Shown: in pieces, positions 51,865-61,315 of the stretch
How positions within the stretch are numbered: position 1 is the first letter of the stretch
Layout of the letters: every line of letters begins with the position of its first letter
Assembly (NCBI GenBank): GCA_016288825.1
Contig: JAEELH010000061.1
Location: 2,967-66,966, forward strand
DNA: 64,000 bases
Source: Lachnospiraceae bacterium
GTDB lineage: Bacteria; Bacillota; Clostridia; Lachnospirales; Lachnospiraceae
Direction of reading: 5' to 3'
The notes under the pieces: generated by a model
Database searches by the model: none
What the model was told of the DNA's origin: nothing
What the model saw: only the letters and a program-made list of their open reading frames with translations
Translations under genes and position numbers: made by a program

Positions 51865-52929
51865 ATGGTTAATTCAGCAAATGAGATTCTTACATTTAAC
51901 AGGAATATAATTATCAATGTCATAGCTTTGATCCTGATCGGTTCCATGGCGATATGGGCGGCCACCAATAAGCACAAGGTGCGTGAAATGCGGATGTTCA
52001 TGAGAATGTGCGTTTTGACGGCCATCATTTCGATCTGCGATATCGTCTATTATGAAGAAATGTTAAGAATGGGAACTAATGAAGGTACTCCGCTCATCTT
52101 TTGGAGTTGGGTTTTGATCGATGTTAGCTCGCTCCTATTGGTGGGACAGTGGCTGCTTTTTGTGGAGTATTCCCTGCACCAGAGTAATGATGTTATTAAA
52201 CGGGACTATAAATATATTATGATCCCTTTTTGGATCGCGGTCGCTTTTATTGCCTGCTCCCGTCTTTTCTACAATGGTTTTTTCATTGGAATGCTCCCGG
52301 AACAGTACCAGGAAACATATGGAAACATTGGCTGGTATATTACCACCATTTTAAAATGGATCGCCAAAGGTATCATGGCATTCTATTACATATTTGCCTA
52401 CTATCTGGTGTTAAAAGAAAAGAAGCGTGTGAAGATCCCGAATTACGTGGTGATCACACCCACCGTGATCTGCTTCGTGTTTGGCATGTATTTTGACAGG
52501 AACTACCTTAGCCGGGTTCAGTCCATATTCTTTACCGTAGGCCTTTTTCTGATCTGGTTTTTCATATTCAGGCGATTTGCATTTATGGATCCGGAAACGG
52601 GATTTTTCACGGAAAAGTATCTGAAGGTTTTATATCATTACTACGATCAGGACAAAGATAAGGGCTGCAGTATCATAAGCTTTACGCCCAGGGGTGATTC
52701 TCTGAAGATGGCATCTATCCTTAAGGAATGGATACCGGAGGACTCCAGCACAGTCAGGCTTAACAATGGAAAGTTTTTGGTTGTGTCCGAGGCTTTGGAC
52801 CGTTCCATGGCAAATAGGTATATGTCCCTTATTACCGAGGATGCCGGTGAGGAGGGGATAGAGGTGGAGACAAGTTTCGCTTCCAGAACGGATGAGCCTG
52901 TCCGGGAATTCTTTGGGAAGATGATGTAG
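51865..52929 (+). CDS. Multi-TM membrane protein with degenerate GGDEF-like C-terminus
   Basis: About 7 hydrophobic segments, then DPETGFFT and RLNNGKFLVV in place of DxLTG and RxGGDEF. Confidence 0.6.
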   Translation: MVNSANEILTFNRNIIINVIALILIGSMAIWAATNKHKVREMRMFMRMCVLTAIISICDIVYYEEMLRMGTNEGTPLIFWSWVLIDVSSLLLVGQWLLFVEYSLHQSNDVIKRDYKYIMIPFWIAVAFIACSRLFYNGFFIGMLPEQYQETYGNIGWYITTILKWIAKGIMAFYYIFAYYLVLKEKKRVKIPNYVVITPTVICFVFGMYFDRNYLSRVQSIFFTVGLFLIWFFIFRRFAFMDPETGFFTEKYLKVLYHYYDQDKDKGCSIISFTPRGDSLKMASILKEWIPEDSSTVRLNNGKFLVVSEALDRSMANRYMSLITEDAGEEGIEVETSFASRTDEPVREFFGKMM

Positions 52930-52982
52930 TTTGCTTGGGCCCGGCATATTGCCGGGCCTTGTCAAAAAGGAAAAGGTGTCAG

Positions 52983-55874
52983 GTGAAAGCTAGAAAAAGA
53001 ATTACCAAAGTAATCATGTATATCGTACTGGTGGTGGCAACGGCAGTGTTTGCCTATCTTTCCATGATCTATTATTTTGATGATCTGGAAGATCGAGTGG
53101 TACCGCAGGTAAACAGAGCCATGATCCAGGTGTCCAGGATCCTGCCGCAGCTTCAGGAAAACGAAGAGGCCCTGCGGGAGGTTAGTTCAAACCTGGAAAA
53201 AAGCCGACAGACGGTATACGAAAACAACAGCGATGCCATATTACGTCCGAGTGAAACAGAGGATCTGGAGTCTGTCATAGGCAATACCCTTTCCTGGATG
53301 AAGAGGGTAACCGGTCTTCGCGTGGGCAGAGAAGGACACGTGGTCGTTATATCAAGCGAGGACTTTTCCATATTGGCTCATCCGGATGAGAAGTTTGTTG
53401 GTGATGGGCTGTATCCTGCCGATGATGGTATAGATACGGATGACATCCCGGATATCGAGGAGCTGGATCCAAACATGATCGAAAGTGATGCTTCCGATAA
53501 CTTTCATCTGTTTTTCCCGAAATCATTTCTTGATATGAAAGGGGAGTCCGGGCTTAGCCTGGATATGCTGGACGCGGGAATACTGGGAAGCGTTTTCGCA
53601 TACAGAGATACCTATATTATATGTGGGGTAACTCTGGACGAAGTATTGACCTATGTGATCGTAAGATGCATTATCACCACACTCATTTTCTTCGCGGTTA
53701 TTTGGGTATTAGTGCGCTATGCAGGCTTTTGCCTGGCATGGCATAAGGATGAAAAAAAGGTTTTCCGAAGAAAGATCCTGTCTTACGCCGCACTGGCTAC
53801 AGTCCTCATGTTTGTAGTCACCTGGTACTATCAGACTATGCAGAACATGACGGGTGACATTGCCACAATGAATGAGCATGCTCAGGTTGCGGTAGAGACG
53901 TTAAACACATACAAGGAATATAGAGAAGAACTCTCTGACTGGCTGGATGAACAGTATCTGGACCAGTGCCGTTTGGCTACTCAGCTTGTTTTATCCCAAG
54001 GAAGGGACAACGTTACCAGAGCAGATTTGGCAAAATATGCAGATGAGTTGGGAGTCAGATACATTTATGTTTTCGACAAGAATGGAAAGGTTGAGGTCAC
54101 AAACTCGCCCTATGATCATTTTGTCATAAGTGAGAATGAGGAGGATCAGTCCTACGCCTTCAGGACTCTTTTGGATGGCACGGAATATGTGATCCAGGAT
54201 GTACAAGAGGATGAGTCTGCCGGTGACGAGATGCAGTATGTGGGTGTCAGTATCAGGGATGAGAACGATCTGGCAGATGGCTTTGTTCAGATAGCTATAG
54301 ATCCGGACCTTAGAAACCGGCTTCTGGCTCCCATCGGCGTTCAGACTGTACTTGACAATCTGGTAATAGGACTGCCTCAATATGCTCTGGCTATTGATAA
54401 GGACACAATGGAGATAGTTGCCACTACGGGGCTGGGGTATAAAAAAACAAGTATCAGTGATCTGGGCATTAGTGAGAAAAAGATAAAAGATAATTTCAAC
54501 GGCATTTTTAACATCAACGGACTTACCTATTACGGAGGCATCTGTGAATCGGAAGATATGTACCTGATGCCCATCTGCAGGGCGTCGGATAACACATCTT
54601 CCCGTGATGTATCCGCAAAACTTGCCCTTTATTGTGCGGGAGTATTTTTGCTCATTGCCCTTGTTTCAATGTTTGGATATAGCAAGGTGCTTTTGGCACA
54701 GGAGGCTGAAGATGCTAAAAAGGCAGAAGCTGCTGATGAGATCGAAGAGAGCAGTGAAGAAGCCGAGAAACGTGGTATCATCCGCAGGCTGAAGGGCATG
54801 ATCAGATCCCGTGAGAAGGAAGGCTTTGAGAATCGTTGGAAAAAGCAAAGCTCCATTCCAAAGGATGAGCAGACGCCCGAGATGCGTGCGGGAGGCATAA
54901 TTTACAGGATATTGCTGATCCTTTCCACCTTCCTGGTGCTGTTTGAGATCTTTGTGATAACCATGATCGGGACGGGTGGCAATCTGGACGGATTCACTTA
55001 TGTGCTTTTGGGAAACTGGGAGCCGGGGATCAGTCTGTTTTCATTCTCATATTGTCTGTATCTGTTTTGCGTACTCTATGTATTTCAGGAGCTTATCAAT
55101 CAGATCCTGTACCGTGTGGCAAAGATTTCGGACCTGAGAAAAGAAACTATCTTTCTTTTGATCCGTAATGCATTAAAATACGGATGCGCCCTGGGCTTTT
55201 TATACGTGGGCCTGGCAAAGTTTGGAGTAGATACCAAGACACTGTGGGCTTCGGCAGGTGTTTTGTCCCTGATGATAGGCTTCGGAGCCAAGGATCTGGT
55301 CAATGATATTATTGCCGGGATCTTTATCATCTTTGAAGGCACCTTCAAGATCGGCGACTACCTCATTATAGATGACTGGGAAGGTACGGTTGAGGAGATA
55401 GGTATTCGCTCTACCAAAGTGACCTATCATTCAGACACCAAGATCTTCAACAACTCGTCTCTGCGAGATATCATAAACTGCAGCGGAGACGTGGCCAAGG
55501 AGGTTGTATTGTTCTCCATTTCCTATGAGACAGATATTCGGGAAGTGGAAAAGCTTATGGTAAAAGAACTGCCCAGGATGGCAGAGAACGTAAGCGGCCT
55601 TCTGGCTCCGCCCAAATACGATGGGATCAGTTCTCTGGACGAAAGTTGTGTTACCCTGCGTATCAAGGTATATACAGTACCTTCTGAGCGCAAAAAAGTT
55701 GTCAGGGCATTGCTTCGTGAGGTCAAGATCCTATTCGATGATCACAACGTCAACATCCCGTACAACCATCTGGTGGTGATGAATTACGAGGATGAGGCCA
55801 ATACCTATACTTATGAGCCTGAAGAAGAGAAGCCTAAGCTTAATCCGGTAGAGAAAGAAGAGGAAAAGGGGTAA
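52983..55874 (+). CDS. MscS-family channel fused to N-terminal Cache-like sensory domains
   Basis: C-terminal IGFGAKDLVNDIIAGIFIIFEGTFKIGD..GTVEEIGIRST; Cache-like GREGHVVVI..ILAHPD and YIYVFDKNGKV; GTG start inferred. Confidence 0.82.
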   Translation: MKARKRITKVIMYIVLVVATAVFAYLSMIYYFDDLEDRVVPQVNRAMIQVSRILPQLQENEEALREVSSNLEKSRQTVYENNSDAILRPSETEDLESVIGNTLSWMKRVTGLRVGREGHVVVISSEDFSILAHPDEKFVGDGLYPADDGIDTDDIPDIEELDPNMIESDASDNFHLFFPKSFLDMKGESGLSLDMLDAGILGSVFAYRDTYIICGVTLDEVLTYVIVRCIITTLIFFAVIWVLVRYAGFCLAWHKDEKKVFRRKILSYAALATVLMFVVTWYYQTMQNMTGDIATMNEHAQVAVETLNTYKEYREELSDWLDEQYLDQCRLATQLVLSQGRDNVTRADLAKYADELGVRYIYVFDKNGKVEVTNSPYDHFVISENEEDQSYAFRTLLDGTEYVIQDVQEDESAGDEMQYVGVSIRDENDLADGFVQIAIDPDLRNRLLAPIGVQTVLDNLVIGLPQYALAIDKDTMEIVATTGLGYKKTSISDLGISEKKIKDNFNGIFNINGLTYYGGICESEDMYLMPICRASDNTSSRDVSAKLALYCAGVFLLIALVSMFGYSKVLLAQEAEDAKKAEAADEIEESSEEAEKRGIIRRLKGMIRSREKEGFENRWKKQSSIPKDEQTPEMRAGGIIYRILLILSTFLVLFEIFVITMIGTGGNLDGFTYVLLGNWEPGISLFSFSYCLYLFCVLYVFQELINQILYRVAKISDLRKETIFLLIRNALKYGCALGFLYVGLAKFGVDTKTLWASAGVLSLMIGFGAKDLVNDIIAGIFIIFEGTFKIGDYLIIDDWEGTVEEIGIRSTKVTYHSDTKIFNNSSLRDIINCSGDVAKEVVLFSISYETDIREVEKLMVKELPRMAENVSGLLAPPKYDGISSLDESCVTLRIKVYTVPSERKKVVRALLREVKILFDDHNVNIPYNHLVVMNYEDEANTYTYEPEEEKPKLNPVEKEEEKG

Positions 55875-55877
55875 TGT

Positions 55878-56768
55878 ATGAGGATCGTAAGATTAGACAG
55901 AGAAGATGCTGAGCTTTTTAAGGACCTGGATCCTTTCGGGATGTGGAGCATTTTGGAGGACTCCTATGCCTTTGCTCTTGGCGGAATTGTGAGCGAGGGT
56001 GAGGAGTCAGAGGTTGCAGCCCTTCTCATCGGTATGCTCTGCAGTGACAGGCTTACCATCGACTGGATCGCAGTTCACCCGGATCATCAGGGTAATCGCT
56101 ATGGAGATGAGCTCCTTCTTAAGGTCTTTGATATGGCGGAGAAGGCAAAGGTAAAAAAGATTTCTGCGGCAATTCCCTTTGAAATGATAAGAGAGGGACT
56201 TGATGAATCGGCTTACGATTATTTCTCGGAGCGGCTTTTTGAGTCCGACAGTGGGTATTACGGAAACAGGATGCTTACGCTGCAGGGGATCGGCAGAAGC
56301 AAGTTTTTTAAGCAGGATGTTAAGGACCTGAAAAAACCGGTCGCCTTTTCTGATATTCCTAAAAAGGAAAGAGCTGAGGTTTATAAAAAACTCCTTAGAT
56401 ACCCGGAGACAAAAACCCTTCATCCCAAGGAGGAGATGACGGGGCTTGTGGATCCGGATATCAGCTTTTTGTATGAAGATTCCGGAGAACCCTACGGTGG
56501 GATCATTGTGCAAAATACGGGAGAACTTTTGATACCTACGGTTTTTTGTGCGGGAAGTGATGAAGATGCATCAGCTCTTATCATTTCGGCTCATGCTGCG
56601 GCACAGAAAAAGTACGGAAAAGACAAGAATGTATTTATAAAGGCCGTGGACGAAAAAGACAATGATATGCTTGAGAAGATCTTTGGACAGGCAGAATGCG
56701 GAATGATCCTTACGGCGCATACAAGTGATTATAAGCAGCTGAAAGGAAAGGGGGACGAGAAGGCATGA
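55878..56768 (+). CDS. GNAT family acetyltransferase-like protein
   Basis: IDWIAVHPDHQGNRYGDELL acetyl-CoA binding motif A. Confidence 0.75.
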   Translation: MRIVRLDREDAELFKDLDPFGMWSILEDSYAFALGGIVSEGEESEVAALLIGMLCSDRLTIDWIAVHPDHQGNRYGDELLLKVFDMAEKAKVKKISAAIPFEMIREGLDESAYDYFSERLFESDSGYYGNRMLTLQGIGRSKFFKQDVKDLKKPVAFSDIPKKERAEVYKKLLRYPETKTLHPKEEMTGLVDPDISFLYEDSGEPYGGIIVQNTGELLIPTVFCAGSDEDASALIISAHAAAQKKYGKDKNVFIKAVDEKDNDMLEKIFGQAECGMILTAHTSDYKQLKGKGDEKA

Positions 56769-58171
56769 GTGATCAAGCCATCCACAAAGAAGAATTAAAA
56801 AGACAATATGAAGAGATAAAAACTCAGGAATTCCGCACTGATGTCCGGCTGGCAGATAATGAACAGGCAACCATGTCTCCCGAGATGCAACAGTATCACA
56901 CGGTTCAAAGCGCCATTCAGGAGAATGCCCAGATAGAGGAACTTTTGCAAAACGCCAGTATTTTACAGATTCCTGTGGAAGAAAGACAAAGCCTTAAGTT
57001 TCGTGTCCAGAGAAACTCTAATTTCCAGCTCATCAATATGGAAAAACTCCTCGGAGACAGTGCAAAAATGGTTGCTGTAAAGGAGAGTGTAAAAGAGATA
57101 GACAGGATCCTGGGGGAACCTATGGGATACGCGCTTGAGCGGGAGGATAAGATCAATCTGGCCAGGGAGAAGATGGAAGAAGGCATTAGGAATTGCGATA
57201 TCTATATCAGTCGCGGTGAGCCTTTCTGGCCCTGGCATAAAAAGAGGTACAGGGCAGTTGTAGCTACAAGGGCCTACATGGCAGATAATCTGGAAAAGCT
57301 TAAGACAGCATCTGCTGCAGTGTCATTAAACGAAGAGTTGCTGAAAAAGGAAGATACGATCTTAGATCTGATAAACAGGCCTAAAGTGGAGTTTCGAAGA
57401 GGCAAACAGGATATGAGTGATATTGCCGTGGATACCAGGTCCCTTACTCATGCCGTACATGGGCTTGGCAGCATGGAATATGAAATTACTCATTTTGGCA
57501 GGATACTCAAAAAAGAGCACGGTAAAAACAATGTGGACCGTACTACGGAGATGGTGGCTTTCTCCCTGATGGAGGCCAAGGGCGGTGTTTATACGAATAT
57601 TATCAGGAGTTCTGAGACCTATAGAGTCCTCAGGACAGATCTTTTTGATAAGAGCGTCAAAAAAGAAGCTGAGCGAGCCTCAAAACGGGAAAAGGAGGCT
57701 AAGGTCAGACTTATGGAAGAGTGCTTTGACATGATCTTAAAGTATGATATGTCGAATTTTGAATTTGCCAGCTTTTCGGAGACTGTCAGATCCCCGAAGT
57801 TCAGGGAAAATTACAGGATGGCTAAAATGGCCTTTGACTGCGAGATCTTTATCCAGGATTACAGAGATCTCTTGAAGGATGACAGGGGGATCACGCTTGA
57901 GAACAATAAGAAAGAGTTTGAGCTTATTGAAAAGAAGCGGGACGAAATGGGAAAGCTTACATCCTATTATGATATATTGATCAATTATTATGAGAAGCCG
58001 GCCATGCGGAATATTGACATTGATGCGTTGTTTAAGCTTTCTTACGAGGATCTTCTTGCAAAGTATGAAGAGATATCGGAAAAAAAGGATCCTGATGTGA
58101 TCCAACTTTATACTCTTATGCTTAATCTGAAAGTTAACGGTATGCCGGATGTTAAACTGGCGACCAAATAA
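56765..58171 (+). CDS. Hypothetical charged, helical protein
   Basis: 468-aa ORF overlapping the upstream stop (ATGA); no signal peptide or recognised motif. Confidence 0.7.
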   Translation: MSDQAIHKEELKRQYEEIKTQEFRTDVRLADNEQATMSPEMQQYHTVQSAIQENAQIEELLQNASILQIPVEERQSLKFRVQRNSNFQLINMEKLLGDSAKMVAVKESVKEIDRILGEPMGYALEREDKINLAREKMEEGIRNCDIYISRGEPFWPWHKKRYRAVVATRAYMADNLEKLKTASAAVSLNEELLKKEDTILDLINRPKVEFRRGKQDMSDIAVDTRSLTHAVHGLGSMEYEITHFGRILKKEHGKNNVDRTTEMVAFSLMEAKGGVYTNIIRSSETYRVLRTDLFDKSVKKEAERASKREKEAKVRLMEECFDMILKYDMSNFEFASFSETVRSPKFRENYRMAKMAFDCEIFIQDYRDLLKDDRGITLENNKKEFELIEKKRDEMGKLTSYYDILINYYEKPAMRNIDIDALFKLSYEDLLAKYEEISEKKDPDVIQLYTLMLNLKVNGMPDVKLATK

Positions 58172-58205
58172 TGAATTTTAAGATAACGACTAAGGAAAAA
58201 AAGTG

Positions 58206-58235
58206 TTGACAGAATAGAGCGACAAAAGATAAAAT
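58206..58235 (+). promoter_or_regulatory. Sigma-A promoter for second AIM24 gene
   Basis: TTGACA-18-TAAAAT. Confidence 0.6.
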
Positions 58236-58318
58236 TGACTTAACTTCTTTTTTCCCGGCTGGGGAATCAGACAGCATTAGTTGCATTTTTGAAACACAGA
58301 AACAGAAGGAGGAGTAAA

Positions 58319-58999
58319 ATGAAAGCTGAAATCAAAGGTGGAAATTTCCCGGTTGCTATTTGCGAAATGGCATCAGGTGAAGCAATCAACTGCGAATCCG
58401 GTGCAATGTCATGGTTAAATGGCGGAATCAAGATGGAAACCAACACTGGTGGTGGTCTTGGCAAGATGCTCGGAAGAGCTTTTTCCGGTGAGTCACTTTT
58501 CATGAATCGTTATGTTGCAGAAGCACCCGGAACTCTTGCTCTCGGCGCTCATGCACCCGGTGAGATCCGCAAGATTTCCCTTACACCCGACAAGCCCATT
58601 GTAGTTCAGAAGGGATCCTTCCTTGCAATGGACGAGGGCGTTGATCTTTCAATCTTCTTCCAGAAGAAGATCGGCTCCGGTATCTTTGGTGGTGAAGGCT
58701 TTATCATGAACAAGCTTTCCGGATCAGGCGACGTTCTTTTGGAGATCGACGGTGGTGCGGTTGAGTATGAACTGGCTGCTGGCGAGACCATGACGATCGA
58801 TACCGGATATCTGGTAATGTGTGACGCTTCCGTATCTATCGATATCGTTATGATCAAGGGCGTAGGCAACATCCTCTTCGGTGGCGAGGGTCTCTTCAAT
58901 ACCGTAGTTACCGGTCCCGGACGCGTAGTACTCCAGACACAGCCTCTGACACAGTTTGTTGGAACCATTGCTGAGATGATGGCTAAGATCAAGAAATAA
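58319..58999 (+). CDS. AIM24 / TIGR00266 family protein (paralog)
   Basis: Closely similar to 50314-51006; AAGGAGG RBS. Confidence 0.88.
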   Translation: MKAEIKGGNFPVAICEMASGEAINCESGAMSWLNGGIKMETNTGGGLGKMLGRAFSGESLFMNRYVAEAPGTLALGAHAPGEIRKISLTPDKPIVVQKGSFLAMDEGVDLSIFFQKKIGSGIFGGEGFIMNKLSGSGDVLLEIDGGAVEYELAAGETMTIDTGYLVMCDASVSIDIVMIKGVGNILFGGEGLFNTVVTGPGRVVLQTQPLTQFVGTIAEMMAKIKK

Positions 59000-59024
59000 T
59001 TTTTTAGTGTTATGATTGAAAAGG

Positions 59025-59067
59025 GCCACTATATATGGTATCATACCATATGTAGTGGCTTTTTTTT
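59025..59067 (+). terminator. Intrinsic terminator
   Basis: GCCACTATATATGGTA-TCA-TACCATATGTAGTGGC followed by T8. Confidence 0.85.
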
Positions 59068-59120
59068 GCTTTTTGGCAAGGAGGCCCTCAATAGAGTAAC
59101 AGCAAGGAGTTTACAGATTA

Positions 59121-60218
59121 ATGAAATTAGGAATCGTGGGACTTCCGAATGTCGGAAAGAGTACCCTTTTTAATTCACTTACCAAGGCGGGAGCGTTGGC
59201 AGCAAATTATCCTTTCGCCACCATCGATCCCAATGTAGGCGTGGTAGCCGTACCGGATGAGAGGCTTACCGTTCTTACAGACATGCATCATTCAAAAAAG
59301 ACAGTACCTGCCACTATAGAGTTTGTTGATATCGCAGGCCTTGTCAAGGGCGCATCCAAGGGCGAGGGTCTTGGCAACCAGTTTTTGGCCAATATCAGAG
59401 AGGTAGATGCCATTGTTCATGTGGTACGTTGCTTTGAGGATGCCAATGTAGTCCATGTAGACGGTTCCGTTGATCCTAAGCGTGATATCGAGACCATCAA
59501 TCTGGAGCTTCTTTTCTCCGATATGGAGATCTTGGAGCGCCGGGCAGCTAAGGTAATTAAGCAGGCTAAAAATGATAAGTCTCTTCAAAAGGAGGCAGCG
59601 CTTCTTGAGAAGCTTCGTCCTTTCCTTGAGGAGGGTAATCTGGCTAAAAAGTTTGAGCCTGCAGATGAGGATGAGGAGGCCATCTTTGCTTCCTATAATC
59701 TTTTGACAGCTAAGCCTGTTATCTATGCAGCCAATGTGGCTGAGGATGATCTGGCTGATGATGCAGCTTCCAATCCCCATGTTCAGGCGGTTAGAGCCTA
59801 TGCCGCAGAGGAGGGAAGCGGGGTATTTGTAGTCTGTGCCGAGATCGAGGCAGAGATCTCCGAGCTGGACGACGATGAGAAAAAGGAATTCCTTGAGGAT
59901 CTGGGACTTTCAGAGTCCGGCCTTGATAAGCTTATAAAAGCCAGCTATTCACTTTTGGGACTGATCTCCTTCCTGACAACAGGAGAGGATGAGACCCGTG
60001 CCTGGACCATCAAAGAGGGCACCAAGGCACCCCAGGCAGCCGGCAAGATCCATACAGATTTTGAGCGCGGCTTTATCTGCGCTGAGGTCGTTAAGTATAC
60101 GGATCTGGTTGAGTGCGGATCTCATAATGCCGCCAAGGAAAAGGGCCTCGTAGGTCAGCAGGGCAAGGAATATGTAGTTAACGACGGAGATGTGATACTT
60201 TTCAGGTTTAACGTTTAA
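59121..60218 (+). CDS. ychF: Redox-regulated ATPase YchF
   Basis: [28 protein letters not shown] and [12 protein letters not shown] motifs. Confidence 0.97.
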   Translation: MKLGIVGLPNVGKSTLFNSLTKAGALAANYPFATIDPNVGVVAVPDERLTVLTDMHHSKKTVPATIEFVDIAGLVKGASKGEGLGNQFLANIREVDAIVHVVRCFEDANVVHVDGSVDPKRDIETINLELLFSDMEILERRAAKVIKQAKNDKSLQKEAALLEKLRPFLEEGNLAKKFEPADEDEEAIFASYNLLTAKPVIYAANVAEDDLADDAASNPHVQAVRAYAAEEGSGVFVVCAEIEAEISELDDDEKKEFLEDLGLSESGLDKLIKASYSLLGLISFLTTGEDETRAWTIKEGTKAPQAAGKIHTDFERGFICAEVVKYTDLVECGSHNAAKEKGLVGQQGKEYVVNDGDVILFRFNV

Positions 60219-60233
60219 AGGAGGATCCATACT

Positions 60234-60692
60234 ATGAAGTGTCCGTATTGCGGATCAGACAACACAAGAGTTATAGACTCCCGTCCGGCGGATGATAATT
60301 CATCCATCAGACGCCGCAGACTCTGTGACGACTGTACCAAGAGATTCACCACCTATGAAAAGGTAGAGACGATCCCGCTTATTGTCATTAAAAAGGACAA
60401 TAATCGCGAGCAGTACGACAGGTCCAAGATCGAAAAGGGAATCCTGCTTGCTTGCCATAAGCGCCCTGTATCTGCAATGCAGATAACCGAGCTTGTGGAT
60501 TCTATCGAGACAGAGATCTTTTCCCGTGAGGAGCGTGAGATCTCAGCTGACGAGATTGGCTCCATAGTAATGGAAAAGATACGTCCGCTGGATCCGGTTG
60601 CATACGTTAGATTTGCTTCTGTTTACAGAGAGTTTAAGGATGTCGGGACCTTTATGAACGAGCTTAAGAAACTGATGACCGAAAAAGACTGA
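60234..60692 (+). CDS. nrdR: Transcriptional repressor NrdR
   Basis: MKCPYC, IRRRRLC..C, RFTTYE and AYVRFASVY motifs. Confidence 0.97.
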   Translation: MKCPYCGSDNTRVIDSRPADDNSSIRRRRLCDDCTKRFTTYEKVETIPLIVIKKDNNREQYDRSKIEKGILLACHKRPVSAMQITELVDSIETEIFSREEREISADEIGSIVMEKIRPLDPVAYVRFASVYREFKDVGTFMNELKKLMTEKD

Positions 60693-60700
60693 TCAGGGGG

Positions 60701-60727
60701 TTAAGTTTCCGAAGCAACGTCCGATAT
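60701..60727 (+). promoter_or_regulatory. Sigma-28 (FliA/SigD)-type promoter
   Basis: TTAA-N16-CCGATAT upstream of 60786. Confidence 0.55.
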
Positions 60728-60785
60728 ATAAAGTGAAGGTCAGGGAGACCGGCAGCGCAAACGGATATTGCGAAAGGAAACGCTC

Positions 60786-61181
60786 ATGAATATATCAGGA
60801 ATTCGCCCCATTGGCGGTTATCAGACAATACAGACATACAGCCCCGTAAAAGGCGCTACAGAGCAGGAAAGAGTTTATCTGCAGCCCCTCGAGGAGCAGG
60901 ATCTGACACAGGTCAAAGCTGAAGAATCCGATATTTCAAAGTTTTCACGTGCCAGAGCTAATCAGACATTCGGCGCTTATGATTTTGCAAATCAGTACAA
61001 GCCCGAAGACAGCTTCCAGCTTCAGTCTGACAGCAATATGAGAATATCCGATGTTAAGCAGGCTATCAGCGATATGCAGAAGGATGAGGTTCTTCATCAG
61101 TATCAGACATTCCTTGGTGAGCGTGCAGCAGCTAAGACAGATACACCTGTTATCCGCGGAGGCGAGGATTTCTCACTTTAA
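60786..61181 (+). CDS. Hypothetical protein, probably in the flagellar sigma-28 regulon
   Basis: ATG after GAAAGGA; own promoter and terminator. Confidence 0.7.
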   Translation: MNISGIRPIGGYQTIQTYSPVKGATEQERVYLQPLEEQDLTQVKAEESDISKFSRARANQTFGAYDFANQYKPEDSFQLQSDSNMRISDVKQAISDMQKDEVLHQYQTFLGERAAAKTDTPVIRGGEDFSL

Positions 61182-61195
61182 TACAAGGTTTTTCA

Positions 61196-61227
61196 GGGAC
61201 CACCGGTTTGATCCGGTGGTCCTTTTT
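61196..61227 (+). terminator. Intrinsic terminator
   Basis: GGACCACCGG-TTTGAT-CCGGTGGTCC followed by T5. Confidence 0.88.
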
Positions 61228-61252
61228 ATATGCCTTTTTTACCGGGGCAGGC

Positions 61253-61281
61253 TTGAAATATAACCTTTAGTAGGGTAAACT
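61253..61281 (+). promoter_or_regulatory. Sigma-A promoter for asnS-asnA
   Basis: TTGAAA-17-TAAACT. Confidence 0.5.
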
Positions 61282-61315
61282 ATAAAAGTTATCGTTTATG
61301 AGTAGGAGGCGTGAT

